A stretch of 46,052 bases of DNA from Nemertoderma westbladi (GCA_032718475.1 JAUCBJ010001028.1:1-46052); one strand, 5' to 3'. Numbered from the stretch's first letter, positions 11,932-25,300 are shown. Program-made: numbers and translations. Notes: a model not told the origin generated them from the sequence alone.

Positions 11932-12666
11932 CTGCGGACATTAAGGGTTTCTATTAATATCAATATTCAGTCATTCAAATTTCATTTAATATGTAAAATG
12001 TGTGACTGTTTGCTTTTAACCTTTCTGTATTCCAAAACAGAAACAAAACAGGTATATAACCAAACCATTTGTGCCAAGAACACAACCTACCATCCCCCCC
12101 AGACCCCCCCCCCCCCCCCCCCAATGTATTAGCTAATTTGAGAGCCAAGTAAACCGGAACTGTAACATGAATAGGTCATATTATTTATTATTATTAATAG
12201 GCCTTTCAATTTCACACAATTAAATTACAAACATTCAGTTTTATAGTATTCTTTGACATTTAATTACAATTTACGAAAAATCAAAATATATTATATACCC
12301 ACCCAACGCACCCAGTCGTAGTCGTTAGTCTCAGAATAATTTCCGAGGGTGAAAATAAAAGACGAACATTCAAACAACTTTGTCTCAATTTAATAAACAA
12401 TCACACATTAAATATTTTATATATACCGGTATTATTAGGTTGTTCAGGAGTGGAATCTGCGGCATACCACATAGGCCAGATGTTCTCAAGCACGATTCAA
12501 TAGTACAAACTTGCTATGGTCGCGTGGGCGTTTGTGAAACAGATTTACGAAAGATATTTCTGAGGTTTTACTAATAATTACTAATATTATTAGGATAATG
12601 GCATGTATTCGGAAACACAACATAACAACGTCAGGAAGGAGCTACGGACCAGACAAATGTATTCAA

Positions 12667-13206
12667 TTATATTTCATTTATATTTCACGTCAATAAGCTA
12701 CTAATAGTAAAAAACCGTACAGGTAGGTATGTACAACAAGTAAATAAAAAATCAACTGGAGACCCAGACATGCATGTAATCAGTGATCAGCTGACTGCAG
12801 ACAGCTGATCGGTAGGTTTCGCCCCAATACAGCAGGCTTTCTCAGGATGCTCAAGCTAGCAGGACGACAGTAGAGTGAAGTTCCCAAAGGAGAAGAACAG
12901 GCAAAGTGTGGTGGGGCTGATACATACTAACTAACCACTGGGAAGCAGCACTACAAACTTTTTCTTTGTAAAACTTTTTTGTTTGAAAAAATTTTATTTA
13001 CCGTACTTGTTTGTTGTACATACCTACCGGTACGGTTTAATACTATTAGTAGCTTATTGACGTGAAATATAAATAAAATATAATAATCATTCTAGATCAT
13101 TATTATTATTAATAGGCCTTTCAATTTCACACAATTACATACCTACTGTACCGGTACGGTTTTTTACTATTAGTAGCTTGACGTGAAATATAAATAAAAT
13201 ATAATT
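12667..13206. mobile_element. MITE-like inverted repeat with a duplicated right arm
   Basis: tatttcacgtcaataagctactaatagta...ccgtac..gtaggtatgt (~12667-12750) recurs inverted at ~12992-13084 and again at ~13136-13206. Confidence 0.6.
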
Positions 13207-13479
13207 AGCAACTTTTCAAGCTTTCCTTACTACTGCTAAATGTATTAAAGTTCAGGTAATCCATATAACTGCTATCGTGTTAGCTAAACAAAAAAACGTG
13301 GAACCCTAGGTAGCGGCTGGGAATACACCACCGTGAAAGCTTATTAATTGAGAGCCGCTTGGACGCCTGTGAGGGAATTACCCTATATTGCATCATCTGC
13401 ATAATAATATACCTATTATATATATAGAGCAAGAATAGGGCCTAGTATATAATATTCAAGACAAGTGGGTGGTCTGTAC

Positions 13480-14310
13480 TGTACCGAATAAACGGTTTTA
13501 TCACTCTGTAGGCCTATAGAGACAACATTACATGCCAAAAAGGCCCAGATTGGCATCAACGTTTTGCTAACTCTGATATTAGACAGTTTTACCTATAACT
13601 TTTTCTTTATTAAACTCAGTCCAATGCCTATGTGAAGTCTACAATTACGCCGTATAGTTTTCCACCAGTTTTGCTAAAATAAATGCGGCGCGCAGTATTT
13701 AATTTGCCACGATAGTTTATCTAACTATTTTGAATCCATATCGTGAGTTTAGAATTTACGTACCGGTATTTTGTTTAACAGCACATTTGTACAAACACCG
13801 TGATGGTGGCGTTAATATTCACGAGGCAGAAGAACAGTACGCTGTAGGTATTTGATGAATATTATTCTTATTTGCTTTTATCCAGATGTATTACAACATG
13901 GGTTAACTAAACAAGCGAAATAGATGCGAAATAATGTAGGTTGGCCCATGGAGGATCCTTATAATATTACTCCAAAGCTTACACTTTAAAAACCTTTTGC
14001 AATACCGTCTGGCCTGACCTGGCGACAATAAACTTTATATCTGACCAAAAAGATTATAGGCCGAGTTTAATGCCTATCAACATTTCCTATTTTAAAATAG
14101 GAGAAATTTAAAATTGAACTAGTTACAGCATAGTTATTACACCTATCATCTACCACTTTTCAAAACTTATTCGCCAGAATTCCATAACATATAAACCTCC
14201 TCTATTGGAATAATATTATTGGAATGAACTACCTACTGAAATTCGAAGAATCCCGATACTCTCTAAATTTAAATTAAAACTTAAGGAATTTATCTTATTT
14301 ATATACCCAT
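13480..14310 (+). pseudogene. Highly decayed L2/CR1-group LINE 3' fragment
   Basis: 3' end translates to WNELPTEIRRIPILSKFKLKLKEFILF, the typical W-N-x-L-P...F-K-x-x-L-K terminus. Upstream sequence is badly eroded; left boundary approximate. Confidence 0.5.
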
Positions 14311-15210
14311 ACCCACTAACCTGCAATCTTAACTCATATTTGGTAAATCTTTATCAGCTAGCATAAAATTTGAAACTGATCTTTAACGAATCTTTAGCTA
14401 CAAGCCTTTAAAAAAGTGTCTCAGTCGAAATTGTACCAGCTACATAGTATATACCGGTAGTTATTTTTCAAACGGTGCTAATGCACCGTAGGCCAGCTAC
14501 TTATGATCAAAACAAAATGTTCCAGAATAAATGCCAGTAGTATTTCAGATAATTTCCAAATATAACATTTTACAAAAGTTACATTACATCCATAAAATCA
14601 ATAAAAACAGCCGTTCTGTCAGGTCTTGGGGGCCTTCAGTACCTCCTGCCATTTTGGAGTTGAATTTACAACTTAAAAGTTGAATTAAAAAAAAAGTTTT
14701 AAATTGCAACTCAGTTGAAATGTGAACTTCTCCCCGACTGATATTAAGCTATAAGCAAATTCAATAGACGAAACTTGTCTCGGTATTGGGATTGAAATAA
14801 CGAAAACAAATATTAAGGAAATAATTTAAAGCTGCTATGATAGTCAACTGTGAACCTGGGTATGATTGAAACAGGGATTACGATTGAATAGGCCAATATT
14901 AGGGTGGCCTTATAATTGTATTTTGCAATCTATTGATTGATTTGATTGATTGATTTATCTTATCCCCTAAAAGTGTTCCTTTGGATAAAATATAACGTAG
15001 TAGTTGTTGCGGTTTATACCGTTACCGCGGTTATCGTGATAGACCAAAAAAGGCTGCCTTCTCCATTACTAGACTTCTGCATCTGCTTGTCTCATTAGGA
15101 TTACAAATATCGCTTTAGACAACATCAAATTTAGAAATACTGGAAATAGTTATTGAGATATTGGTTAAAAGGTGAACTACAGATCTCACATAATCTATTG
15201 GATCAATGCG

Positions 15211-15385
15211 ATATCCCTCTTGTGTAATATCAATATCATATCTCTCTTGTGTAATATCAATATCATATCTCTCTTGTGTAATATCAATATCATATCCCTC
15301 TTGTGTAATATCAATATCATATCCCTCTTGTGTAATATCAATATCATATCCCTCTTGTGTAATATCAATATCATATCCCTCTTGT
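15211..15385. repeat. 27-bp minisatellite, ~6.5 copies
   Basis: Unit atatccctcttgtgtaatatcaatatc; explains ORFs 15172-15396 and 15206-15427. Confidence 0.95.
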
Positions 15386-15949
15386 TTATTATCTAACCTA
15401 CTTTATACTCTTTGCTATCCCCGCTAAAAAGATGTTTGCCATGAATCAATGAGACAAACATGAGAAGATTCATAAGATCTGCAGAAGTCTAGTAAAGGGA
15501 GAAAGGCAGTAAAGTATGATGAAAAAAACTAATTTATAATTAGTTTAATAATAATAATAAATTTAATAAATAATATAATTTTAAATGAGATTTAGTCATT
15601 CAGTCATTATTATTTACATTAGTTAGCTATAGGCCTAATTTAAACACAGGGCTAGACACAAAGAGATTATAAACTTATGATTAGAGCAAATTAGTACATC
15701 ATCGTTTTTGTTCATAAAAAAGAGCTAAATTGCTTGTTTTTTGAAAATTTCTGATGACAAAAATATTTTGGTTTCATGCATGAAACCCACAGACTAAAGT
15801 CTTTGAGTTTCTGTCTTTAACTAAGCCGACAATAAAACCTCACTGCTGGCAGCTGGAATGACTAATATTACCTTATCCCTTTTTAAAACAGAAATCAAAT
15901 CGATTATTTTAATATATTGTAGGCTTACAGGTATCTACTGAACTACCAG

Positions 15950-16234
15950 TGCTATATAAAATATAATCCTGTAATCTTGAACAATCAACAATTGCGGCCC
16001 CATATAATTTATCTAACCATAAAGAATGAACTGATGAACTAATCTGCCAATCAAGCTCAGACAGTCAGGTCAATCTAATCAATCAATATACAGATATACA
16101 AATACACAGCCTGACAGAAATACTACAAAAACCTAGCGATAACATTCAAAAACCTTCCAAAAACCTGCAAAAACCTAACAAAAACCTAAAATCTAATTTT
16201 TGTTTTGAAAAACCTAAGGTTTTTGCCAGCCCTG
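15950..16234. mobile_element. Solo right end of the hAT family at 17360-19987, inside the DPYS-A intron
   Basis: Similar to 19710-19987, including aaaacct subterminal repeats and the TIR tttgccagccctg. No matching left end seen. Confidence 0.75.
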
Positions 16235-16340
16235 GTAGGCTGTATGAAATGGCATTGGCATTGGTGCTGAATGATCATGTAGATTGTAGAGAGATGCATT
16301 AGATTAGGCCCAAGCCCAACATAAAATCAAATCAACTCAC

Positions 16341-17024
16341 CTCGGCTTCCAGACTTTCTGGTCGGCTTATCAGGTGGCCTTCCGGCCCACTGATTCCGGC
16401 CTTCAATACACTTTTCTGTAGATCATCTATGACGTCACCATTCTCAGCATGGACCATAGCCAGCGCACCGAGATCGCGACAATGCTGAAACACCTCAATA
16501 GTCTCGCTGTCTGACAACATCATAACGTCTTTGTAGGCCATGAATATCTTGAACGAATTAACCCCCTTTTCTTTGACTAAAACCTCCATATCTTCTTTGA
16601 CCTGCTGGTTCCACGAGGTAATAGCGACGTGCAGAGAGTAATCGCAGCATACCTTGGGGTCCGCCCAGTCGCGCCATCTCTCGTACGCCACCAGCGGGGA
16701 CTCGCGTTTCGAGGGAATAGCGAAATCAATGATAGTGGTAGTTCCCCCACAGAGCGCAGCTCGTGTACCAATGAAGAAATCATCCACACTAACCGTGCCC
16801 ATAAAGGGCAGTTGGAAGTGGGTGTGGGCATCCAGACCCCCGGGCATTACTAACTTATCAGTCGCGTCTATAATAGTAGCACCTCCAGGTATCTGTAAAT
16901 CCTTCCCAACCTGTTTAATTACTCCATTCTCGATGTAAACATCAGCCTTCTCCGAGTAATCATCGTTTACAACCCGTCCACCTTTTATGAGGATACGCTT
17001 CTGTGAACCCGCTGTGAGTACCAT
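16341..17024 (-). CDS. DPYS: Dihydropyrimidinase copy A, exon 1
   Basis: [20 protein letters not shown]. Donor GAG|GTGAGT at 16335-16340; intron 11932-16340. Confidence 0.94.
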
Positions 17025-17665
17025 TGTGTCGATTGTTACCGGTAATTATTAAATATACTTATAATCCTTGGAACGGATATTGATTGACGGAACAAGTTGT
17101 AGTGTAGCTAGGTATTGCACTACCGGTAGTGAATTTGCTTAGGTCAAAAAACCTAATTTGCACCTAGCTGCCTAGGCCTACACCAGTTTGAGGAATTTTA
17201 TAGAAGGTTCTGAGATTACAGCAATAATTCGCTTGGGGAAGCATTTAAGCAGTACCGGTAGTAGGAGTGGAGTGGTGGCCCCAAATGAGGCTCTTAAATC
17301 AAAGTAATTTTTAGAAAACCGATAAGTACTGAAGTAAGAAAATGTTGGTTAGGCCTACCCAGGGCTGGCAAAGTAGGTTTTTGTAAACCTAGGTTTTTGT
17401 AGGTTTTTGTCAAAAACCTAAAATTTGAAAAAAGCCTAAAACTAGGTTTTTAGGTTTTTGATTTTTCATCTTTAATTTGCCTTTTAATTTCATTTGTACA
17501 CTCAAAACAACTGAACAAGTCAACTTGCATTGTCAGCTGATGAGTTCCAGTCCAGTCCAGTTCCCAGTTGTCTTGTCACTGCTGACAAGCTGACTGATGC
17601 AAGTTAGCTGATGCAAGTTACCGTAGCAGTCAGATGGTCCGGTACCGGCTGACCGGGAGGTAGAA

Positions 17666-19208
17666 TAAAACGTCTGTCCTTATCTGATCTGATCTGATCT
17701 GACAGCATCTGATCCTACAACCAATCAGGAGAAAGAGATATAATAATTTACCTAATTGTCTGTTAGGTAAATAGCCAGTAGCTGAATAGGGGATCACGTT
17801 TCACGTTGCCCTGTTAAGTATCAGTATCATCATATGAAGTAGCAGTACAGGCATACCGGTATGCATCTAAATGCACAAAGGCATGTAATTATATTTATAT
17901 ATTATATTAAAAATGCGATATAGGATGAAGGTTTGTTACGCTAAAGGCAGAAAGGGAAGGCAGGGAGGGGTATCTCTAAGCCTACTGGGTAGGCCTAGTG
18001 TGTATATGAAGAAACACTTAACATGCCCCATATTGCCAGCTGATACAGTGGTGTTTACAGTATGCCTAGACGATGAAGGAATATCTGAATACGGGAAGGT
18101 GGATGGGGATGTGGGAATTAATAAACGCTGTTGTTACCTTCCAATTGAAGGAAAAGAGCAGGTTACAGCGGCTGTAATTTCTAACCAAAACAATAAACGA
18201 CAATTGTTACCTACCAATTGAGGGAAAGGAACAGGTTACAGAGACAGGGTTTTCTAACCAAAACAATAAACGATTTTGATACCTACCAATTGAGAGAAAG
18301 GAGAATGTTACCGCGGCTGACTTTTCTAACCAAAACAATAAACAACCAGCGGGCACCTTCCCACATTCCCATCCACCCACACACCCATGTGGCAATAATA
18401 TGCTGATAAATAATTAGCATAAACATAATTAGTTAAGTACTATCAGACTATTATGTAGTAGTAAGGTATTCTGGTATTCTTCACATGGGCTAAGACAGTA
18501 AGAATACCAGACTTTGCCGTTATATTTCACTTTGCAGTTACCCCCATGTGAAGAATACCAGGTTTTCACCAAAAACACAGGTTACAGAAGGGCTGAATAT
18601 AACCAAAACAATAAACGAATTAGTATATGTCTGTATGTACAGATGTACAGGTTATAAGCCATAAATAAGCTCTCTATAATACACTTAATAAAGATCTGAA
18701 GATAAACAAAAAAAATTAAAATCTGCATACCGTATATAAAATTCCAATAAAAGTCGACCGAAAAGGTAAATCCTGGGCCGGCATCAAAATTTGGCTCCAG
18801 CCGCTAAAAACAAGTTTAAAATTTCTAGCTTATTTTATTTGAATTCCTTTTAGTTCGTTTCAGTTAGTATCGTTGTTTCAGAGGGGGAGGTGTTATATTG
18901 ACCCCCCCCCCCCCCCCCGTGTTTAAGGGGAATACCGGGGAAACTTCACATGCTGACATGGGCAGAAACTCCAGTACTCATTTAGCTATCATTTAAGGAT
19001 GCAAGGCAGAGATTCCTCGTTAAACCCTTAAAAACATTCGTGCCGAAACGAAAACTACCTTGGCCCCCATGCCGGGATTGAACCCACAACCTCCACGAGA
19101 CGTGAATTCAATATAACCACTACACCAAGGTGGACTCTGAACCAAGGCTGCAAGGTGGAACAAGTGTCAGATACCGTCAGATCAGATCAGATAAGGACAG
19201 ACGTTTTA
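17666..19208. repeat. Internal inverted repeat pair (possible nested element) enclosing ~70-bp ctaaccaaaacaataaac tandem units
   Basis: taaaacgtctgtccttatctgatctgatctga (from 17666) is the reverse complement of 19167-19208. Units at ~18120-18345 recur at ~18580, ~38405 and ~3440. Confidence 0.6.
18930..19133 (-). mobile_element. tRNA-derived SINE
   Basis: Minus strand: A box TGGTGTAGTGG, B box GGTTCAATCCC, then ctctgccttgcatcctt...aaatgagtac, similar to 30479-30507. Confidence 0.7.
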
Positions 19209-21766
19209 GCCATCCTAGTATAACTGTAACATAACTGTACACGTACAGCAGTACAGTGCAGCAGTCAGCAGTGGTCCAGGCAGCCAGGTGGCTGGGTCAG
19301 CGTCAGTGGGTGGTCTCTGCAGCTCTGGCTCTGCACTCTGGTCAACTGCCTGGTGGTCACAGGCAGTCAGGGAGTCTGGTGGTTATCGGGTTATGGTTTA
19401 CGTTATGCTTTTATGGTCCAGTATGGGACTGTGGGATGGGGTGGCATTCTGCATTCGCTGAATCGCGTGCCTGCATTCTGCATGCATTGATTGATGCTAA
19501 TGATACTAATAGACTACGGAACTAATACACTATGCACTAATAGTGTAATAAATAGTTGCACCTACCAGCCTACTGTCTGAATTTAAGACTGTAGTCTGTA
19601 CTGCTACTGCTGTAAGCCTACTTTCAGACATTGTACAGGTTTATATAAATGTAACTAATATGACAATGAAACCTGATGGACTCATTCTTTCAAACAATTT
19701 TGTATCATAGTGCTGTAGTGTATCTATAAAATATAATCTTGACCAGTTGACAGGTTGACCAAATGTCGCCCCATATAATTTATCTAATCATTTACCAACC
19801 AGGTCAATCTAATCAATCAATACCGGTATACAAATACAGAAATACTACAAAAACCTAGCGAAATACTACAAAAACCTAGCGAAAACCTTCAAAAACCTGC
19901 AAAAACCTTCCAAAAACCTACAAAAACCTTGCAAAAACCTAAAACCTAAAAATTTTTCTGAAAAACCTATGGTTTTTGCCAGCCCTGGGCCTACCGCGCT
20001 ACCGGTAGGCCTACACCAAAATAATAAATCAATTAACCAGTCCAATGATCAAGCTTTCAGACCATTACCGGTACTGAATGGCGAATAGTACCTGCAGTAA
20101 CTAAACAAAAAAAACAACTGGTGGTGACTGGTAATGCCTACAGCACCCTACTGCCCTACAGGTTTCTGGGCTACAGAGAGGAGGGCGTACCGGAACGGTA
20201 GCTAATACTGTGTACTACACTGTTGTGAAAAGGCAATACAGCAGTACAACTAAACACCAATTAATAGGATACTGATACTACTGGCAGGCTGTAACGATTA
20301 CATTGTAATGCCAAACATCCCCATCACACAAATGCCAAATGTAAACTTGGGGAACTTTGATAAATATGAAAAATAAATATACCAGATTATTGTAATGACA
20401 CATTCTGTCAATTTTAACATAATACCAAATAGATGACTATCATTTTAATATATCCACAAGTACCAGTGGATGATACTTATGAAAGGGGGTGGCCTGGAAC
20501 CCAAAAATAAAAAATTATTGTTTTGATTGGTACATTACAAATGTTATCCATAGAATCGCCAGTTGCATTAAAATTGATGATTTTTTCAGTTTCCATTCAG
20601 ATATAGTATATATAAGTTGAGTCAAAAAGTTGTTGCAATCCACATTCAGGAAGTGCCTCTAAAGGTACACATGCCAAATCTCCCTACGTGCCAAATCTCC
20701 CTAGTATCCCCTACAGGGCAGCGAAATTGGCAAATGTTAATAACCCTGTGAACCACAAACTCTACTGGAATATTCATGAACTCGAGAACTCGTGGAAGTT
20801 ATGAGATGAGCTGTAATAACCCCCTCCCCCTCAACCCATGCATAAATAAATACTGTGTAAAAAAATAAATACATTTTTTTAAATATTTGACTCTGATTTG
20901 AATTTCCATGATTGGGGCGTGGGCGTACACTACAGTATGTATAATAATAAATTCAATAATACAATTGATACATTGATAGAATATGACATAAATAAATTAC
21001 ACTGTATAATTCTTACATATTTAAAATCTACGGTTAATTAATCTGCAACGGTTGTGATATATATATTATTAATTAATATATATATTCAAATATTTTAATC
21101 GTCAAATCAGAGACTTATTGAGATTATGATGTTCTAACGCCGCCTCAATACCGCTGCCAATTATTTACAATGCGTAACTGACAGACTGACAGTACTAATA
21201 TCAATCAATAAATTAGCTGTACAGTTCGCCCTACTCAGCTACTATCAGCTATTGTCATTACATCATTATCCCTACATGCGAGTTTATTAAACTCATTGTT
21301 TATTATAATACTACAGTTTACGTATCTGCGTATTGAATGTCACCCCCCACCATGAGAAACACAAGGGGAGCTGTAGAATACAAAATGGTCACAATCCACT
21401 CAATAACTGTCCCCTGAAATTATTATAGCCACAGACTGACAGAGTAACTCAAATATCTAACACAAAATGACAAAACCGCTGGACTTCTCGATCAGCACAA
21501 CAGATTTAAAAATTATGCCAGAAAACTACAATACATGTATGTATACTGCACTAAATCATATAATTGATAAAATTATCGACAGATATATATTTATTGTCCA
21601 TAGTATTATAGGATAAACATTGCAATTAATAAATATTGCCAAACACTAACAGTAATACACTGTATTGCTGGGATTACGCCAGGAAACCACTTTAATACAG
21701 TTGAGGGATAAACAAACAATTTGGGTCAGTACTGTAACTACAGTACAGTAGGGTACAAAGACAGAA

Positions 21767-22094
21767 ATATTGATTGTTAAGAAGAGATTGTTAAGAACGA
21801 CCAAACTCGCGGTGACAAATTGATAATATTAATAACAAATTAATTAATTCAATTAAATTAAACTGTGTGCAAATTTTCGACCAACAGGTCTCTCCAGTTT
21901 CTCGTAATACGGTTTATCCTTTATACCAGTAATCATACACCATTCATTTATTTATTTTGTGCTCGTAAAAGACCTGTTGGTCGAAAATTTGCACACAGTT
22001 TAATTTAATTGAATTAATTAATTTGTTATTAATATTATCAATTTGTCACCGCGAGTTTGGTCGTTCTTAACAATCTCTTCTTAACAATCAATAT
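21767..22094. repeat. Perfect 125-bp inverted repeat with a 78-bp spacer (foldback/MITE-like)
   Basis: 21767-21891 is the reverse complement of 21970-22094. Confidence 0.92.
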
Positions 22095-22559
22095 GATACC
22101 CCCGGTGACGTGGGCGAAAGAATACCTTAAAAGACAGAAATAGGTGACAGTGCTGCGCCAGAGTGCGATGAATAAATACCACGATAAAGAGTACGGTATA
22201 CTGTATGTGAACCGGGCTCAAAGAACTCGATAAAATAAAATGTCGTTTTGTAAAATGAATGTTAAGTTTTTCATACTTCTGCCTCCACTACAATACTGGC
22301 ACTAAATTTAGTCGGCGAACAAACCTTGTCAGAATTAATTATTGCGAAATCTCCAAATCTTTTCAAACCTGCATAAAACTACAGATCTTACAGAGAGGAT
22401 CGACAATCAAATTATATAAACAAACAAACAGTACTCAACCGGACCAGCTTTTACGGAAATTTTTATTTGGAAAGTTTTTATGGAAATGACCTGGGGCGGT
22501 ATCCATAAATGTGACTAACTAGGAACTTAGTCCTAGTCACATCAAGTTAGTACAGTACT

Positions 22560-24160
22560 ACTACTAGGATCGGCATGCTGCATTGCAGCTGCATTTTTAA
22601 GAATGCTGTGCCGGCTTATCGACAAAATTGCACCGCCACCGCCACCGCCAGTGTCCTTTAATATGCGTCTCAAGAAAGTTATGGGCTGTCCACCATGCTT
22701 ATTCACTCCATGAGGCTGACAAAGTACAAGATTATGCACTGGCTCGTCCTCACGGCGAAAGCCGTGAAATGTCCTGCAAAGCAGAGGCGATTTTGTTCTA
22801 GTGTCAAGCTTGGGGGAACCAATCAATGAGACACCTCCAATGTTATATAGTGTTTGGTTGGAGATGTGTGCATTGAACTTGACACAATGAACCCGGCGTA
22901 GCATTCTTGTGAATGTGCCGTCCAGAGATTTGGTGTCCTCAGCAGTTAGAGCCCAGCATGGACTCCCATAGAGGAGTACTGGAACTACTGCTGCTCTAAA
23001 TAACCGGACCTTAAGTTTCCGATTAATTATCGGTGACTTCCAAATCCTGGAAAGTCTATTCAAGGCTGCCCATGCCTTTCCCTTACGTATTCGAAGGTCA
23101 TCACCTGACTTCCGGATCCATGATCCCAGGTAACAGAAGTCGTCCACATGCTCAAGCATACCATCTTTTGAGCTTATGCTCATCCGATCAGAGACTTGCT
23201 GAGGACTTTCAAAGTTAACTGTCAAAATTTTGGTCTTTCTGGAGTTAATAAAAAGACCAACACTAGAAGCAGCATGTTCTAATGAGCTGAGGAGCCTTTG
23301 GGCTCCCTCTGGTGATTCTGAGAGTACTCCTAAGTCATCAGCAAAGTCTAGATCAGTTAGGTACTTGGCAGGATTACCTCGACTTCTGGAGCCAGTAGGT
23401 GGAGTTATCATCACCCCATCATCATTATGATGATCTAAGGACATGCGTAGAACATAGTCAACCACAATTATGAACAAGAATGGTGCAAGTGTGTCTCCTG
23501 GAGGACGCCCCATAACACTTCAAATGGTTCTGTGTCACCGTCAACAGTAGACACAAATGTTGTCGAACCATCGTATACTGATCTGATTGCTGCAATAATT
23601 TCATCAGGAATCCCATATAATGAAAGTATGCTGAACATACGTGAGCGAGAGACTGAATCAAAGGCCTTGAAGAAGTCAACAAAGATAACAGCCAGATGCC
23701 TGTCTTTCTTTTTTGATAACTCTTCAATTATCCTTCTAAGTGCCAAAATGGGCTCCATGGTCCCACGACCTTTACGGAACCCATTCTGATTTCCACGGAG
23801 CAGTCTCTCATTATAATAGATTTAGCATTTAATAGAATTCTATTGTATAGCTTTGTAGCAATCGAGATCAATGAGATTCCCCGAAAAGAACCATAGAGTG
23901 TTAGGTTGCCCTTATTGGGAACTGGCACCAACTATTTGTTTTCATTTCTTGTGGGACTCTTGTTGTACGGTACATGTCTACTATGATGGGATAGATGAGC
24001 TTTAAACACTCAGGTATTTTAAAGACCTCAGGGGGAACACCATCTACTCCATTGGCACGATTGGTCTTAATGCTCTTTGCAGCAGCCTTCACTTCTGCAA
24101 AGGAGATATCACCAATGGGAATATCTGGGAGTACAGACTCAGACACTTTTACTTCTATAA
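22560..24160 (-). mobile_element. 5'-truncated, frameshifted RTE-like non-LTR retrotransposon (RT domain)
   Basis: Overlapping ORFs give ANGVDGVPPE, FRGISL, FVDFFKAFDSV, GDTLAPFLF, DLDFADD, FCYLGS. AGTACAGTA on both flanks is a possible TSD; short (TAG)n-like tail. Confidence 0.88.
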
Positions 24161-24442
24161 AGTACAGTAAGTACAGTAAGTGCTTGTACTAATTCAGTAT
24201 TCAGAGAAGTTGGTGATACTTATTACTAACGTATTTAGTACTAGTTGTTGCTAAACTCGTATTCATAGAATTTAGTCTTACTTAAGTTAGTATTAGCTGT
24301 AACTTAAATTTCTAGTCACATGAAGATGTGACTAAGTTGGTAAGAACGCTTACTTATTCTATGTTGGCCTTCATACATACAGTATAGTTATTATGTTACT
24401 GACGACTCCGGCCACATTATACTCTCTCTTGTTTTTCTAGCA

Positions 24443-25300
24443 TTAGTAAGACGATGTTCGTGTTAGTAAGACGAAGTTCGTGTTAGTAAGACGATGTTCG
24501 TGTTAGTAAGACGAAGTTCATGTTAGTAAGACCGTGTTCGTGATAGTAAGACGACGTTCGTGTTAGTAAGACGAAGAGTTCGTGTTAGTAAGACGATGTT
24601 CGTGTTAGTAAGACCGTGTTCGTGATAGTAAGACGAAGTTCGTGATAGTCAGACGAAGTTCGTGTTAGTAAGACGAAGTTCGTGTTACTAAGACGATGTT
24701 TGTGTTAGTAAGACGATTTTCGTGTTAGTAAGACGATGTTGGTGTTACTAAGACGATGTTCGTGTTAGTAAGACGATGTTCGTGTTAGTAAGACGAAGTT
24801 CGTGTTAGTAAGGCGAAGTTCGTGTTAGACAAAGTTCGTGTTAGTAAGACGAAGTTCGTGTTAGACAAAGTTCGTGTTAGTAAGACGAAGTTCGTGTTAG
24901 TAAGACGATGTTCGTGTTAGTAAGATCGTGTTCGTGATAGTTAGACAAAGTTCGTGTTAGTAAGATCGTGTTCGTGATAGTAAGACGAAGTTCGTGTTAG
25001 TAAGACGAAGTTCGTGTTAGTAAGACGAAAGTTCGTGTTAGTAAGACAATGTTCGTGTTAGTAAGACGATGTTAGTGTTAGTAAGACGAAGTTCGTGTTA
25101 GTAAGACGATGTTCGTGTTAGTAAGACGATGTTCGTGTTAGTAAGACGAAGTTCGTGTTAGTAAGACGAAGTTCGTGTTAGTAAGACGATGTTCGTGTTA
25201 GTAAGACGATGTTCGTGTTAGTAAGACGAAGTTCATGTTAGTAAGACCGTGTTCGTGATAGTAAGGCGACGTTCGTGTTAGTAAGAAGAAGTTCGTGTTA
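24443..25300. repeat. 20-bp minisatellite, ~43 copies
   Basis: Unit gttagtaagacga(a/t)gttcgt, with no unique spacers. Confidence 0.97.

Larger units (their letters stand above)
17360..19987. mobile_element. Non-autonomous hAT-type DNA transposon with nested inserts
   Basis: TIR CAGGGCTGGCAAA...TTTGCCAGCCCTG; 8-bp TSD GGCCTACC (17352-17359, 19988-19995); subterminal aaaacct/aggtttt arrays; no transposase ORF. Confidence 0.9.

Noticed and set aside
19040-19133. tRNA genes at the A/B-box sites (also 30378 and 36610)
   Set aside because: No complete cloverleaf, and each is followed by SINE-type body sequence.
24443-25300. CRISPR array
   Set aside because: Contiguous 20-bp units with no unique spacers, no cas genes, and a eukaryotic context.
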